From the NCBI GenBank assembly GCA_009693995.1, contig SHWA01000002.1, positions 138-64,137 on the forward strand: 64,000 bases of DNA, in the 5' to 3' direction. Within the stretch, counting starts at the first letter, position 1, and each line of letters starts with the position of its first letter. Under the pieces are notes generated by a model that saw only the letters and a program-made list of their open reading frames with translations, was not told the origin of the DNA and did not search any database. The DNA comes from Alphaproteobacteria bacterium (GTDB lineage Bacteria; Pseudomonadota; Alphaproteobacteria; SHWA01). The position numbers and the translations under genes were made by a program. Positions 1-9,432 of the stretch are shown piece by piece.

Positions 1-91
1 AACATTTACAGGTTCTGAGCCGACCGCACCGGGACCGGGCCTGGGCCCGGTCCCGCCGCCGCTGCGAACCGGTTCGCAGTCGTCACCGCTT

Positions 92-709
92 GTGTCGGTA
101 GCGCTTGTTGTAAGGCGACGGCGCACTTCCCATACTGGGGCCATGCGCCGCCGCCGCAATGGTACGCCCCATCCTGCCCTCGACGGGCCGCGCCCGTGCG
201 AGCACCCCGGCTGCCTGGCCGAGGGGGTCCATCCAGCGCCGCGGTCGCGCAATCAGCTGCGCGACTTCTACTGGTTCTGTGTCGACCATGTGCAGGAGTA
301 CAACCGCGGCTGGGACTTCTTCGCCGGCATGAGCCCCGAGGAGATCCTCGCCTTCCGCACCGCCGACGTGGTCGGCCATCGGCCGACTTGGCGCATGGGC
401 GTGCGGGGAAGCTGGCGCGGCGAGGCTCCCGCTTACGATGCCAACGACCCGTTCGATGGGATGCAGCGTGCCTTCACGCGCGGCGGCGAGACGGCGCCGC
501 GCCCGCGTGTGCTCACCCGTGAGGAGCGCGACGCGCTCAGTTTGATGGACCTCGACGCGCCGGTCGACCGCCAGGAACTGAAGCGCCGCTACCGCGTACT
601 GGTGAAGCGCCACCACCCCGACGCCAATGGCGGCGACAAGGGCGCCGAGGCGCGGCTGCGCGCGATCATCCAAGCTTATGACTGCCTGCTGGCGCTCGCC
701 GACAAGTGA
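92..709 (+). CDS. J-domain (DnaJ-like) protein of the type found upstream of cobS/cobT
   Basis: C-terminal J-domain with HPD motif (RRYRVLVKRHHPDANGGD). N-terminal CEHPGC...FYWFCVDHVQEYN motif. ATG at 143 is a likelier start than GTG at 92. Confidence 0.8.
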   Translation: MSVALVVRRRRTSHTGAMRRRRNGTPHPALDGPRPCEHPGCLAEGVHPAPRSRNQLRDFYWFCVDHVQEYNRGWDFFAGMSPEEILAFRTADVVGHRPTWRMGVRGSWRGEAPAYDANDPFDGMQRAFTRGGETAPRPRVLTREERDALSLMDLDAPVDRQELKRRYRVLVKRHHPDANGGDKGAEARLRAIIQAYDCLLALADK

Positions 710-876
710 GCCAGGACGCCCCTTGCGGCAGCGGTTGGCGCGTGATAGGTCACGCGTGGCTGATCTGTGACAGATGGCCACAGGGGGCGTCCTCACCGCC
801 GCGAATCCCGCGGCTTCGCAGTCAGGCCGCCAGGCGGGGCAGCATCGGTGAAAGGTGGTTGCTCGCCGCGTGAAAC

Positions 877-1911
877 ATGACGCCAGTCACCGCATGCCGT
901 AGAGAGTTCAGCACCGTGACCAGCACGAGCCCCGAGCGCGCCTCCGCGCATCCCGACCGACCGGACATCAAGATCTCGGTCCGGCAAGTTTTCGGCCTCG
1001 ACGTGGACTGGGAAGTGCCGGCTTTTTCCGAGCCGACCGAACACGTCCCCGACCTGGACGAGGCCTACCGCTTCGACCACGAGACCACGCTCTCGATTCT
1101 GTCGGGTTTTGCCTTCAACCGGCGGGTCCTGATCCAGGGCTACCACGGTACCGGCAAGTCGACCCATGTCGAGCAGGTGGCGGCGCGTCTCAACTGGCCC
1201 TGCATCCGCGTCAACCTGGACAGCCACATCAGCCGCATCGACCTGATCGGCAAGGACGCGATCGTGATCCGCAATGGCCTGCAGGTGACCGAGTTCCGCG
1301 AAGGCATCCTGCCCTGGTGCCTGGGTCACGCCACCGCGCTCTGCTTCGACGAGTACGACGCCGGCCGCCCCGACGTGATGTTCGTGATCCAGCGCGTGCT
1401 CGAGGTCGAGGGCAAGCTGACCCTCCTGGACCAGAATCGCGTGATCCGCCCGCACCCGGGCTTTCGCCTCTTTGCCACTACCAACACGATCGGGCTCGGC
1501 GACACCACCGGCCTCTATCATGGCACCCAGCAGATCAACCAGGGCCAGATGGACCGCTGGAACGTGGTTGCCACCCTGAACTACCTGCCCCACGAGGACG
1601 AGGTCGAGATCGTCCTCGCCAAGGCGCCGCAATATGCCAACAAGGAAGGCCGCGAGACGGTCTCCAAGATGGTCCAGGTGGCCACCCTGTCGCGCAACGG
1701 CTTCGTCGCCGGCGACATCTCGACCGTGATGTCGCCGCGCACCGTGATCACCTGGGCGCAGAATGCCGAGATCTTTAATGAACTCGGCCTCGCCTTCCGC
1801 CTGACCTTCCTCAACAAGTGCGACGAGTTGGAGCGGCAGACGGTGGCGGAATACTACCAGCGGTGCTTCGGCACCGAGCTGCCGGAGGCGGCGGCCAGCC
1901 GGGTCGTGTGA
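877..1911 (+). CDS. cobS: Aerobic cobaltochelatase subunit CobS (MoxR-like AAA+ ATPase)
   Basis: 344-aa ORF with Walker A GYHGTGKS and the typical CobS N-terminus ([10 protein letters not shown]). Directly followed by cobT. Confidence 0.9.
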   Translation: MTPVTACRREFSTVTSTSPERASAHPDRPDIKISVRQVFGLDVDWEVPAFSEPTEHVPDLDEAYRFDHETTLSILSGFAFNRRVLIQGYHGTGKSTHVEQVAARLNWPCIRVNLDSHISRIDLIGKDAIVIRNGLQVTEFREGILPWCLGHATALCFDEYDAGRPDVMFVIQRVLEVEGKLTLLDQNRVIRPHPGFRLFATTNTIGLGDTTGLYHGTQQINQGQMDRWNVVATLNYLPHEDEVEIVLAKAPQYANKEGRETVSKMVQVATLSRNGFVAGDISTVMSPRTVITWAQNAEIFNELGLAFRLTFLNKCDELERQTVAEYYQRCFGTELPEAAASRVV

Positions 1912-1932
1912 CCGCCCGCCGATGAAACCAGG

Positions 1933-3798
1933 ATGAGCACGCCGGAAGGCCCAGTCGAGGAGTTCCGCCGCGCGGTCGCGGCGACCATGCGCGCCATCAG
2001 CAGCGACCCCGAGATGTCGCTGACCTTCACCCCCGACCGCCGCTCGCTCTCGGGCCACGAGGCGCGCATCCCCATACCCGCCCGGCACCTGCCGGAGGAG
2101 GACGTGCGCCGGGTGCGCGGCGAGGCGGATTCCATGGCGCTCTGGCGCGCCAACCACAACGAGAAGCTGCACGCCCGGCGCATGCCCCAGGGCCGGCCGG
2201 CCCAGGACATCTACAACCAGGCGGAGCGCGCCCGCTGCGAGGCGATCGGCGCCAACGCCATGGCCGGCGTCGCCACCAATCTCGCCGCGGCGCTGACCGA
2301 GCGCTGCGCGGGGCGCGGCTTCGAGGCGATCACCAACGCGGCGGACGCGCCGATCGGCGACGCGGTCGCCCTGCTGCTGCGCGAGCACCTGACCGGCGCG
2401 CCTCCGCCCGAGAACGCCCGCACCATGGTCGATGCCTGCCGCGAATTCATCGAGGGCCGCGCCGGCCCGCACTGGGAGACCCTCGCCGCCACGCTCGGCA
2501 ACCAGGAACGCTTCGCCCGCACCATCCGCCGGCTGATCGCCGATCTGGAGATGGGCGAGGCCGAGGCCGACCAGGAGGAGACCAGCGAGGAGTTCATGGA
2601 AGCGGAGGCCGACGAGGGCGGTGCCGACCCCGACGCCGAGGGCGACGCCGCGGAAGCGCGCCAGCCTGACAGCGCCTCCTCGGGCCCCGCCGACGTCGAC
2701 GACTCCCTCGACAGTGACGTGACCGACGCCGACGCGGAAGCCGACGAGCCGATGCCGGGCGAAGGCGACGAGGACGGCCGCCGCGCCGGCCAGCCCCGGC
2801 GCCCGGACGGAGCGGGCACGCACGGCCCCAACAGCAACTACCGCCCCTTCACCGTCATGTACGACGAGGTGGTGGAGGCGGACGAGTTGTGCGAGGCGGA
2901 GGAGCTCACGCGGCTGCGCGCCCAGCTCGACCGCCAGCTCGCGAGCCTGCAGGGCGTGGTCAGCCGCCTCGCCAACCGGCTGCAGCGCCGCCTGCTGGCC
3001 AAGCAGACCCGCTCCTGGGAGTTCGACCTGGACGAGGGCCTGCTCGATAGCGGGCGCCTCAGCCGCGTGGTCACCAATCCGGTCCACGCGCTCTCCTACA
3101 AGGTCGAGAAGGAAACCAATTTCCGCGACACCGTGGTCTCGCTGCTGATCGACAACTCGGGCTCCATGCGCGGCCGCCCGATCACGGTCGCGGCGATGAG
3201 CGCCGACATCCTCGCGCGCACCCTCGAGCGCTGCGCGGTCAAGGTCGAGATCCTCGGCTTCACCACCCGCGCCTGGAAGGGCGGCCAGTCGCGCGAGAAG
3301 TGGCTGGTGGAGGGCAAGCGCGCCAACCCGGGCCGCCTGAACGATCTGCGCCACATCGTCTACAAGGACGCCGACCGCCCCTGGCGGCGCGCGCGCAAGT
3401 GCCTCGGCCTGATGCTGCGCGAGGGCCTGCTGAAGGAGAACATCGACGGCGAGGCCCTGCTCTGGGCGCACCAGCGCCTGCTCGCCCGCCGCGAGGACCG
3501 CCGCATCCTGATGGTGATCTCGGACGGCGCGCCGGTGGACGACTCCACCCTCTCCGCCAACCCGAGCAGCTATCTGGAGCAGCATCTGCGCGCCGTGATC
3601 GACTGGATCGAGGTGCGCTCGCCGGTCGAGCTGACCGCGATCGGCATCGGCCACGACGTGACCCGCTATTACCGCCGCGCCGTCACCATCGTCGATGCCG
3701 AGCAGCTCGGCGGCACCATGCTGGAGAAGCTGGCCGAACTGTTCGACGACGACACGGCGGTGCGCTCCGCCACGCCGCGCCGCCGCGCCGCGCGCTGA
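1933..3798 (+). CDS. cobT: Aerobic cobaltochelatase subunit CobT
   Basis: 621-aa ORF with a long acidic D/E linker and a C-terminal vWA domain carrying a MIDAS-like DNSGSMRG motif. Paired with cobS. Confidence 0.9.
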   Translation: MSTPEGPVEEFRRAVAATMRAISSDPEMSLTFTPDRRSLSGHEARIPIPARHLPEEDVRRVRGEADSMALWRANHNEKLHARRMPQGRPAQDIYNQAERARCEAIGANAMAGVATNLAAALTERCAGRGFEAITNAADAPIGDAVALLLREHLTGAPPPENARTMVDACREFIEGRAGPHWETLAATLGNQERFARTIRRLIADLEMGEAEADQEETSEEFMEAEADEGGADPDAEGDAAEARQPDSASSGPADVDDSLDSDVTDADAEADEPMPGEGDEDGRRAGQPRRPDGAGTHGPNSNYRPFTVMYDEVVEADELCEAEELTRLRAQLDRQLASLQGVVSRLANRLQRRLLAKQTRSWEFDLDEGLLDSGRLSRVVTNPVHALSYKVEKETNFRDTVVSLLIDNSGSMRGRPITVAAMSADILARTLERCAVKVEILGFTTRAWKGGQSREKWLVEGKRANPGRLNDLRHIVYKDADRPWRRARKCLGLMLREGLLKENIDGEALLWAHQRLLARREDRRILMVISDGAPVDDSTLSANPSSYLEQHLRAVIDWIEVRSPVELTAIGIGHDVTRYYRRAVTIVDAEQLGGTMLEKLAELFDDDTAVRSATPRRRAAR

Positions 3799-3928
3799 TC
3801 CGTCGGCAACCTTGGCGAGTCGCCCCCGCCTGACAGCCGCCGCGTCACGCTTTCTTAACCCTTAACCATTCCGCAACGTCTGCGCCGCCATCATCCGCGG
3901 TGGCTTCCCGAGCGGCCGCCAGCCGCGC

Positions 3929-4315
3929 ATGACGGGTGCGATGAGCGCTTCACCTTTGGTTCTGATCGCGGTGTTGGGTTTCGCCGGACTGCTTCTGGTC
4001 GCGGCCATCACAGATTTGCGTTCGCGCCTGATCCCGGACTGGGTGTCGGTGGCGATGCTCGCGCTCTATCCGCTTTACGCCTAGGCCGCGGGGGCGACGC
4101 ACTGGGCGGGCGCGCTCGGCGTCGCCGGCGTGGTGTTCGCCGCCGGATTCGGGCTGTTCGCCCTCGGGATCGCGGGCGGCGTGGTCGCCTTGTCGGCGCT
4201 GGCCGCGCTCGCGCTCTGGCGCGGGCGCAAGGCGATCGCCGGCTACGGCATCCCCTACGGCGTCGCCATCGCCGCCGGTGGCCTCACCATCGCCCACCGA
4301 CTGGTCATGAGCTGA
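3929..4315 (+). pseudogene. cpaA: Degenerate prepilin peptidase CpaA/TadV (A24 family)
   Basis: One frame from ATG 3929 gives MTGAMSASPLVLIAVLGFAGLLLVAAITDLRSRLIPD..., interrupted by an in-frame TAG at 4082-4084. The same frame continues to TGA at 4313-4315. The second catalytic motif reads AGGVVAL where GGGD(A/V)KL is expected. The segment before GIPYGVAIAAG is far too short. Confidence 0.7.
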
Positions 4316-4340
4316 GAGACGGCTGGAGGACTGACCGGAG

Positions 4341-5234
4341 ATGATCGCGCGCACCATGACGCTCGGACTGCTGGCCCTCGGGGTGGCGGCCGGCGCCGCC
4401 CACTTCGCCCGCAACTGGGTCGAGGCGCAAAAGGCGGTCGCGCCGCTGGTCACCCAGGCCCAGTCCGCGCCGGCGCCCAAGCCCGGCATGCAGATCATGG
4501 TGGCCAAGAAGGCCCTCCCCACCGGCCATTTCCTGAAGGCCGACGATCTGCGCTGGCAATCCTGGCCGGACGCCAACCTCCACCCCGGCTATCTCAAGAA
4601 GGGCCAGAGCGAGATCGAGACCCTGGTCGGCGCGGTGGTGCGCGCCGGCATCGCCGCCGGCGAGCCGGTCTCGGACGGGCGCATCGTCAAGCCCGGCGAG
4701 CGCGGCTTCATGGCGGCGGCGCTGCAGCCGGGCATGCGCGCGGTCACCGTGCCGGTGAATGCGACCACGGGCAATGCCGGCTTCGTGTTCCCCGGCGACC
4801 ATGTCGATCTGATCCTGACCCACGCCATCGGCGAGCAGACCGACGCCGCCGAGGGAACGCCAGCCAGGGCGCACCGCGCCAGCGAGACCGTGTTGACGGA
4901 CCTGCGCGTGCTGGCCATCGACCAAAGCACCAACGACCAGGACGGCAAGCCGGCGGTCGCCAAGACCGCGACCCTCGAGGTGACGCCGAAACAGACCGAG
5001 GTGATCACGGTGGTGATCGAACTCGGCAAGCTGTCGCTGTCGCTGCGGAGCCTGGCCGCGACCCAGGACCCGGCGTCGGTGCCGGAGCCGGCGCCCGGCA
5101 GCCACACCTGGGACAGCGACGCCAGCAGCCTGCTGACCCAGAAGCGCGGCGGCGACCAGCCGCCACACAAGTTGAACCTGATGCGCGGCGCCGAGACGAC
5201 GGAGCTGTTCTTCGTCAAGAAGTTCGCGCGCTGA
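4341..5234 (+). CDS. cpaB: Flp/Tad pilus assembly protein CpaB (SAF domain)
   Basis: 297-aa ORF with an N-terminal TM anchor and SAF-like region (MVAKKALPTGHFLKADDLRWQSWP). RcpC/CpaB-like core (MRAVTVPVN...GFVFPGDHVDLILTH). Confidence 0.85.
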   Translation: MIARTMTLGLLALGVAAGAAHFARNWVEAQKAVAPLVTQAQSAPAPKPGMQIMVAKKALPTGHFLKADDLRWQSWPDANLHPGYLKKGQSEIETLVGAVVRAGIAAGEPVSDGRIVKPGERGFMAAALQPGMRAVTVPVNATTGNAGFVFPGDHVDLILTHAIGEQTDAAEGTPARAHRASETVLTDLRVLAIDQSTNDQDGKPAVAKTATLEVTPKQTEVITVVIELGKLSLSLRSLAATQDPASVPEPAPGSHTWDSDASSLLTQKRGGDQPPHKLNLMRGAETTELFFVKKFAR

Positions 5235-5245
5235 GGGAGTCGCCC

Positions 5246-5956
5246 ATGTCCCGCTTCCCCGTCCTGTTGGTCGCCCTGGTCGTCGCCGCCGCGTTGGCCA
5301 CGCCCGCCGCCGGCCAGCGCCCCGCGCCGGCGCCTGAGACCGAAGCGGCCGCCGGCAGCATCGAGGTCGAGGTCAACAAGGGCACCCTCGTCCGACTCAG
5401 CCGCGCCGCCACGGCCGTGTTCATCGCCGATCCCAAGATCGCCGACGTGCAGGTGAAATCGCCGACGCTGATCTACGTCTTCGGCCGCGGCGCCGGCGAG
5501 ACCAGCCTCTACGCCGTCGACGGCGAAGACCGCACCCTGCTCAATCGCAGCATCACGGTGCGACACAATCTGAGCCGGCTGCGCGAATCGCTCAAGTCGC
5601 TGCTGCCCCATGCCGCCATCACCGTCGATTCGGTCGAGCTCGGCTTCCTGCCCGAGCGCCGCGCCGCGCTCGAGAACTTGAATCGGCGCACCAACATGCC
5701 GGAGATCCGCGGCGTCGTGAACACGCTCATGCAGACCGAACGCTACGGCACCCCGCTCGCCCAGTCCTTGCGCGTGCTCTCGGCCGAATTCCGCAACGAG
5801 CGCATGATGCGCGCCGAGGAGAAGGCGGCGCGGCTGCCCGCGATCCTGACGGTGCCGATGATCCTCTTCATCCTGCCGCCGCTCTTCATCGTGCTGATCG
5901 GTCCGGCCGCGCTCAAGACCGTCACCGCGCTGCGCCAGCTCGGCTACATGAATTGA
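5246..5956 (+). pseudogene. In-frame chimera of the CpaC secretin N-terminus and the TadC (CpaH) C-terminus; deletion scar of a tad locus
   Basis: Residues ~1-126 hold a signal peptide plus the pilus-secretin N-domain (VRLSRAATAVFIADPKIADVQVKSPTLIYVFGRGAGETSLYAV). Residues ~136-236 hold the T2SS-F/TadC C-terminus (LMQTERYGTPLAQSLRVLSAEFRNERMMRAEEKAARLPAILTVPMILFILPPLFIVLIGPAAL). The junction lies at about 5624-5654. Confidence 0.7.
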
Positions 5957-6059
5957 GGCGAGCGAAACTTTTCGTTGCCTGGCTCGGCCCCCCCGACCAG
6001 TATACGCCGCTGTTCGGCTCCCCAAGGGGCCATCAGCCACCGATACGAGGCGTCGCAGC

Positions 6060-7376
6060 ATGAGCCGGAATGTCGCCATCGTCGGATCCGGCCCGGGCGG
6101 CTTTTACACTGCCGAGGCCTTGTTGAAGGCCTGTCCCGGCTGCCGGATCGACATCATCGACCGCCTGCCCACCCCCTATGGCCTGATCCGCGCCGGGGTC
6201 GCCCCGGACCATCAGACCACCAAGAAGGTCGCGCGCAACTTCCGCGCAACCGCGCTCTCCGGCCCGGTCGCCTACCTCGGCAACGTCGAGGTCGGGCGCG
6301 ACGTGAGCGTGGCTGATTTGCAAGCGTGCTACGACGCGGTGGTCTTCGCCATCGGCATGCCGCACGACAAGGCGCTCGGGATTCCGGGCGAAGACCTGGC
6401 GGGCGTGATCGGCTCGGCGGCATTCGTCGGCTGGTACAACGCGCACCCCGACTTCCGCGACCTGAACCCGCCCCTCGACACCCAGGCCGTGGTCGTGGTC
6501 GGCACCGGCAACGTCGCCATCGACTGCGCCCGGGTGCTGGTGAAGACCCGGGCCGAGATGGCCGAATCGGACCTGCCCGAATACGCCCAGGCCGCGATCG
6601 AGGCGGCGCCGATCCGCGACGTTTACATGGTCGGCCGGCGCGGCCCCATCGAAGCCAAGTTCACCAACGTGGAGCTGCGCGAGATGGGCGAACTGGAGGC
6701 CGCCATGCCGGTGGTGGACGCGGCCGTCCTTCCCGCCTCGGCCGCCGATTACCCCGGCCTCTCCGACCGCGACCGCCGCCTGAAGGAGCGCAACCTCGCC
6801 TCCTTGCGAGAATTTGCGACCGCCGAAGCCAAGGGGCGCCCGAAGCGGGTGCACTTCCTGTTCAACCTGGCGCCGGTCGCGATCCTGGGCGAGGCCCGGG
6901 TACGGGCGGTGCGCTTCGAGCAGACCCGGGTCGAGGGCGAGCGCGCGGTCGGCACCGGCGAGTTCAGCGAAATCCCTTGCGGCCTGGTAATTCCCGCCAT
7001 CGGCTACCGCTCCTCTGGCCTCGACGGCGTGCCGTTCGATGCACGGTCCGGCACCATCGCCAATGCCGATGGGCGGGTCGGCGACGGCCTCTATGCGGTG
7101 GGCTGGATCAAGCGCGGGCCGACGGGCGTGATCGCCACCAATCGCCCCGACGGCGTGGCGGTTGCCGGCCACATCGCCAAGGACATCGCGAGCGGTACCA
7201 AACCCGGGCGCGAGGCGCTGTTCGCGCTCCTCGCCGGGCGTGGCGTGCGTGTCACCTCCTTCCCCGACTGGGAACGGATCGAGGCCGCCGAGACCGCCGC
7301 GGCCGCGCCCCCGGCGCCGCGCCGAAAGTTCGCGCGCATCAAGGACATGCTGGAACTGCTCGGACCCGGATCCTGA
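6060..7376 (+). CDS. NADPH:ferredoxin (adrenodoxin-type) reductase, FprA-like
   Basis: 438-aa ORF. N-terminal FAD motif VAIVGSGPGGFY, then PTPYGLIRAGVAPDH, and a second nucleotide motif VVVVGTGNVAIDCARVL. Confidence 0.8.
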   Translation: MSRNVAIVGSGPGGFYTAEALLKACPGCRIDIIDRLPTPYGLIRAGVAPDHQTTKKVARNFRATALSGPVAYLGNVEVGRDVSVADLQACYDAVVFAIGMPHDKALGIPGEDLAGVIGSAAFVGWYNAHPDFRDLNPPLDTQAVVVVGTGNVAIDCARVLVKTRAEMAESDLPEYAQAAIEAAPIRDVYMVGRRGPIEAKFTNVELREMGELEAAMPVVDAAVLPASAADYPGLSDRDRRLKERNLASLREFATAEAKGRPKRVHFLFNLAPVAILGEARVRAVRFEQTRVEGERAVGTGEFSEIPCGLVIPAIGYRSSGLDGVPFDARSGTIANADGRVGDGLYAVGWIKRGPTGVIATNRPDGVAVAGHIAKDIASGTKPGREALFALLAGRGVRVTSFPDWERIEAAETAAAAPPAPRRKFARIKDMLELLGPGS

Positions 7377-7553
7377 GTCCCGCCGAAACTGGTCAGGGCG
7401 GCACTGGATTTCGCGGGCGTGGGCCCTCAATTATAGTTGCAAGCCGGCGCTCAAGCTGAGACAACAACGCGTGTGTTGGCTGGCCCCCGGCGGCGGCGGC
7501 CGTGACCTGCGCCGGGATGCTGGGGTATTGATACGGTAGAGGCTCCCAGGGAC

Positions 7554-9419
7554 ATGTCCGCAGACGCAGCCCGGGTATTGCACCAGGCGCACCGTCAGGA
7601 GATCGATTCGGTGGTCGTGCGCTTCGCCGGGGATTCCGGCGACGGCGTGCAGGTGACCGGCGGCCAGTTCACCTCGGCGACCGCCCTCGCCGGCAACGAC
7701 TTCGCCACCTTCCCCGATTTTCCGGCCGAGATCCGCGCCCCCGCCGGCACCACCTTCGGCGTCTCGGCGTTCCAGATCAATTTCGGCTCTACCGCCATCG
7801 ACACCGCCGGCGACCAGCCCGACGCGCTGGTCGCGCTCAATCCGGCGGCGCTCCGGGTCAACATCCAAGATCTGCCGACCGGCGGCCTACTGATCATCGA
7901 CACGGGCGAGTTCAACGAGCGCAACCTGCGCAAGGCGGGCTACCAGGCCAATCCGCTCGAGGACGGCGCCTTGCAACAGTACCGCGTGGTGCCGATCGAC
8001 ATCTCGCGCCTCACCCTGGAGGCGGTCAAGGCGTTCGGCCTGAGCCAGAAGGACGGGCTCAGGTGCAAGAATTTCTGGACCCTCGGCCTGGTTTCCTGGA
8101 TCTACGACCGCGACCGCGCGCCCACCGTCGCCTGGCTGAAGTCGCGCTTCGCCAAGCGCCCGGAACTGGCGGAAGGCAACATCGCCGCCCTGAACGCCGG
8201 CCACGCCTTCGGCGAGACCATGGAGGCCGACGATTTCACTGGCTACACGGTGCCCAAGGCGGAGATCGCGCCCGGCCTCTACCGCAGCGTGACCGGGGCC
8301 GAGGCCCTCTCGTGGGGCCTGGTGGCCGGGGCACAGCTTGCCGGGCTGAAGGTAGTATTCAGCTCCTATCCCATCACGCCGGCCTCCTCGCTGCTCCACA
8401 TCCTCGCGGGCCTCAAGCACTTCGACGTGACCACCCTCCAGGCCGAGGACGAGATCGCCGCTTGCTGCGCCGCCATCGGCGCCTCCTACGCCGGCGCCCT
8501 CGGCATCACCTCGAGTTCGGGACCGGGGGTGGCGCTCAAGACCGAGGCCCTCGGCCTCGCCATCTCGACCGAGCTGCCGCTGGTGCTGGTCAACAGCCAG
8601 CGCGCCGGCCCCTCGACCGGCATGCCGACCAAGACCGAGCAGTCCGACCTCTACCAGGCGATCTATGGCCGCAATGCCGATTCGCCGCTCGCCGTGGTGG
8701 CGGCGCGCTCGCCGGCGGATTGCTTCGACGTGGCGATCGAGGCAGTGCGCCTTGCCACCCGCTACATGACTCCGGTGATCCTGCTGAGCGACGGCTATAT
8801 CGGCAACTCGGCCGAACCGTGGCTGATCCCCGATTTCGACAAGCTGCCGCCTATGCCGGTCGCGTTCCATACCGAGCGCGCCGGCTTCCACCCCTTCCTG
8901 CGCAATCCGGTAACGCGCGCGCGGGTCTGGGCCAAGCCGGGCACGCCCGGCCTCGAGCACCGCATCGGCGGCATCGAGAAGGACTATGACAGCGGCAACA
9001 TCTCGTACGACGCCGCCAACCACCAGCGCATGACCGATGCGCGCGCCGAGAAGATCCAGCGCATCGCCGACGACATCCCGCCGCAGACGGTCTCCAACGG
9101 CGCGCCGAGCGGCGACCTCGCCATCGTCGGCTGGGGCTCGACCTATGGCCCGATCAACCGCGCGGTGCACAACCTGCGCCACGCCGGGCTCAATGTGTCG
9201 CATATCCACATCCGCCACCTGTGGCCGCTGCCGCGGAACCTGGGACCGTTGCTCCAGGGCTACCGGCGCGTGCTGGTGCCGGAGATGAACAAGGGCCAGC
9301 TCAGGACCGTGCTGCGCGCCGAGTACCTGGTTGCCGCCGAGGGGCTGAACAAGGTCACCGGCCAGCCGTTCAAGATCCGCGAGATCGAGGCCGCCGCGCG
9401 CAAGATGCTGGGCGCCTGA
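7554..9419 (+). CDS. korA: 2-oxoglutarate/2-oxoacid:ferredoxin oxidoreductase subunit alpha
   Basis: 621-aa ORF with FAGDSGDGVQVTG and the PITPAS..L motif. Followed by the beta subunit 13 nt downstream. Confidence 0.85.
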   Translation: MSADAARVLHQAHRQEIDSVVVRFAGDSGDGVQVTGGQFTSATALAGNDFATFPDFPAEIRAPAGTTFGVSAFQINFGSTAIDTAGDQPDALVALNPAALRVNIQDLPTGGLLIIDTGEFNERNLRKAGYQANPLEDGALQQYRVVPIDISRLTLEAVKAFGLSQKDGLRCKNFWTLGLVSWIYDRDRAPTVAWLKSRFAKRPELAEGNIAALNAGHAFGETMEADDFTGYTVPKAEIAPGLYRSVTGAEALSWGLVAGAQLAGLKVVFSSYPITPASSLLHILAGLKHFDVTTLQAEDEIAACCAAIGASYAGALGITSSSGPGVALKTEALGLAISTELPLVLVNSQRAGPSTGMPTKTEQSDLYQAIYGRNADSPLAVVAARSPADCFDVAIEAVRLATRYMTPVILLSDGYIGNSAEPWLIPDFDKLPPMPVAFHTERAGFHPFLRNPVTRARVWAKPGTPGLEHRIGGIEKDYDSGNISYDAANHQRMTDARAEKIQRIADDIPPQTVSNGAPSGDLAIVGWGSTYGPINRAVHNLRHAGLNVSHIHIRHLWPLPRNLGPLLQGYRRVLVPEMNKGQLRTVLRAEYLVAAEGLNKVTGQPFKIREIEAAARKMLGA

Positions 9420-9432
9420 GAGGAACCCTGCC

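Noticed and set aside
2560-2830. Acidic D/E/A-rich low-complexity tract inside cobT, and the charged repeat tract in infB at about 51480-52080, as possible insertions or repeats.
   Set aside because: Both are normal, family-typical linker regions of CobT and IF-2.
793-3654. 953-aa minus-strand ORF antisense to cobS/cobT. Similar very long antisense ORFs occur at 4589..6079, 6033..7430, 17161..19392, 19542..21419, 21338..22951, 24273..26225, 48987..50564, 50561..53734 and 55384..57789.
   Set aside because: Their translations are Arg/Ala/Gly/Pro/His-rich low-complexity sequence with no motifs. They lie opposite genes that have unmistakable conserved motifs. Stop-free antisense frames like these are the usual artefact of very high GC.
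3799-3928. Looked for a flp/pilA pilin gene upstream of cpaA.
   Set aside because: The gap after cobT is only 130 nt. No frame there encodes the G-(A/S)-T-A-I-E-Y Flp motif.
4130-4315. 61-aa ORF as a stand-alone small membrane protein gene.
   Set aside because: It is in the same frame as, and continuous with, the cpaA-like sequence starting at 3929. A single TAG separates the two. It is better explained as the 3' part of a pseudogene.
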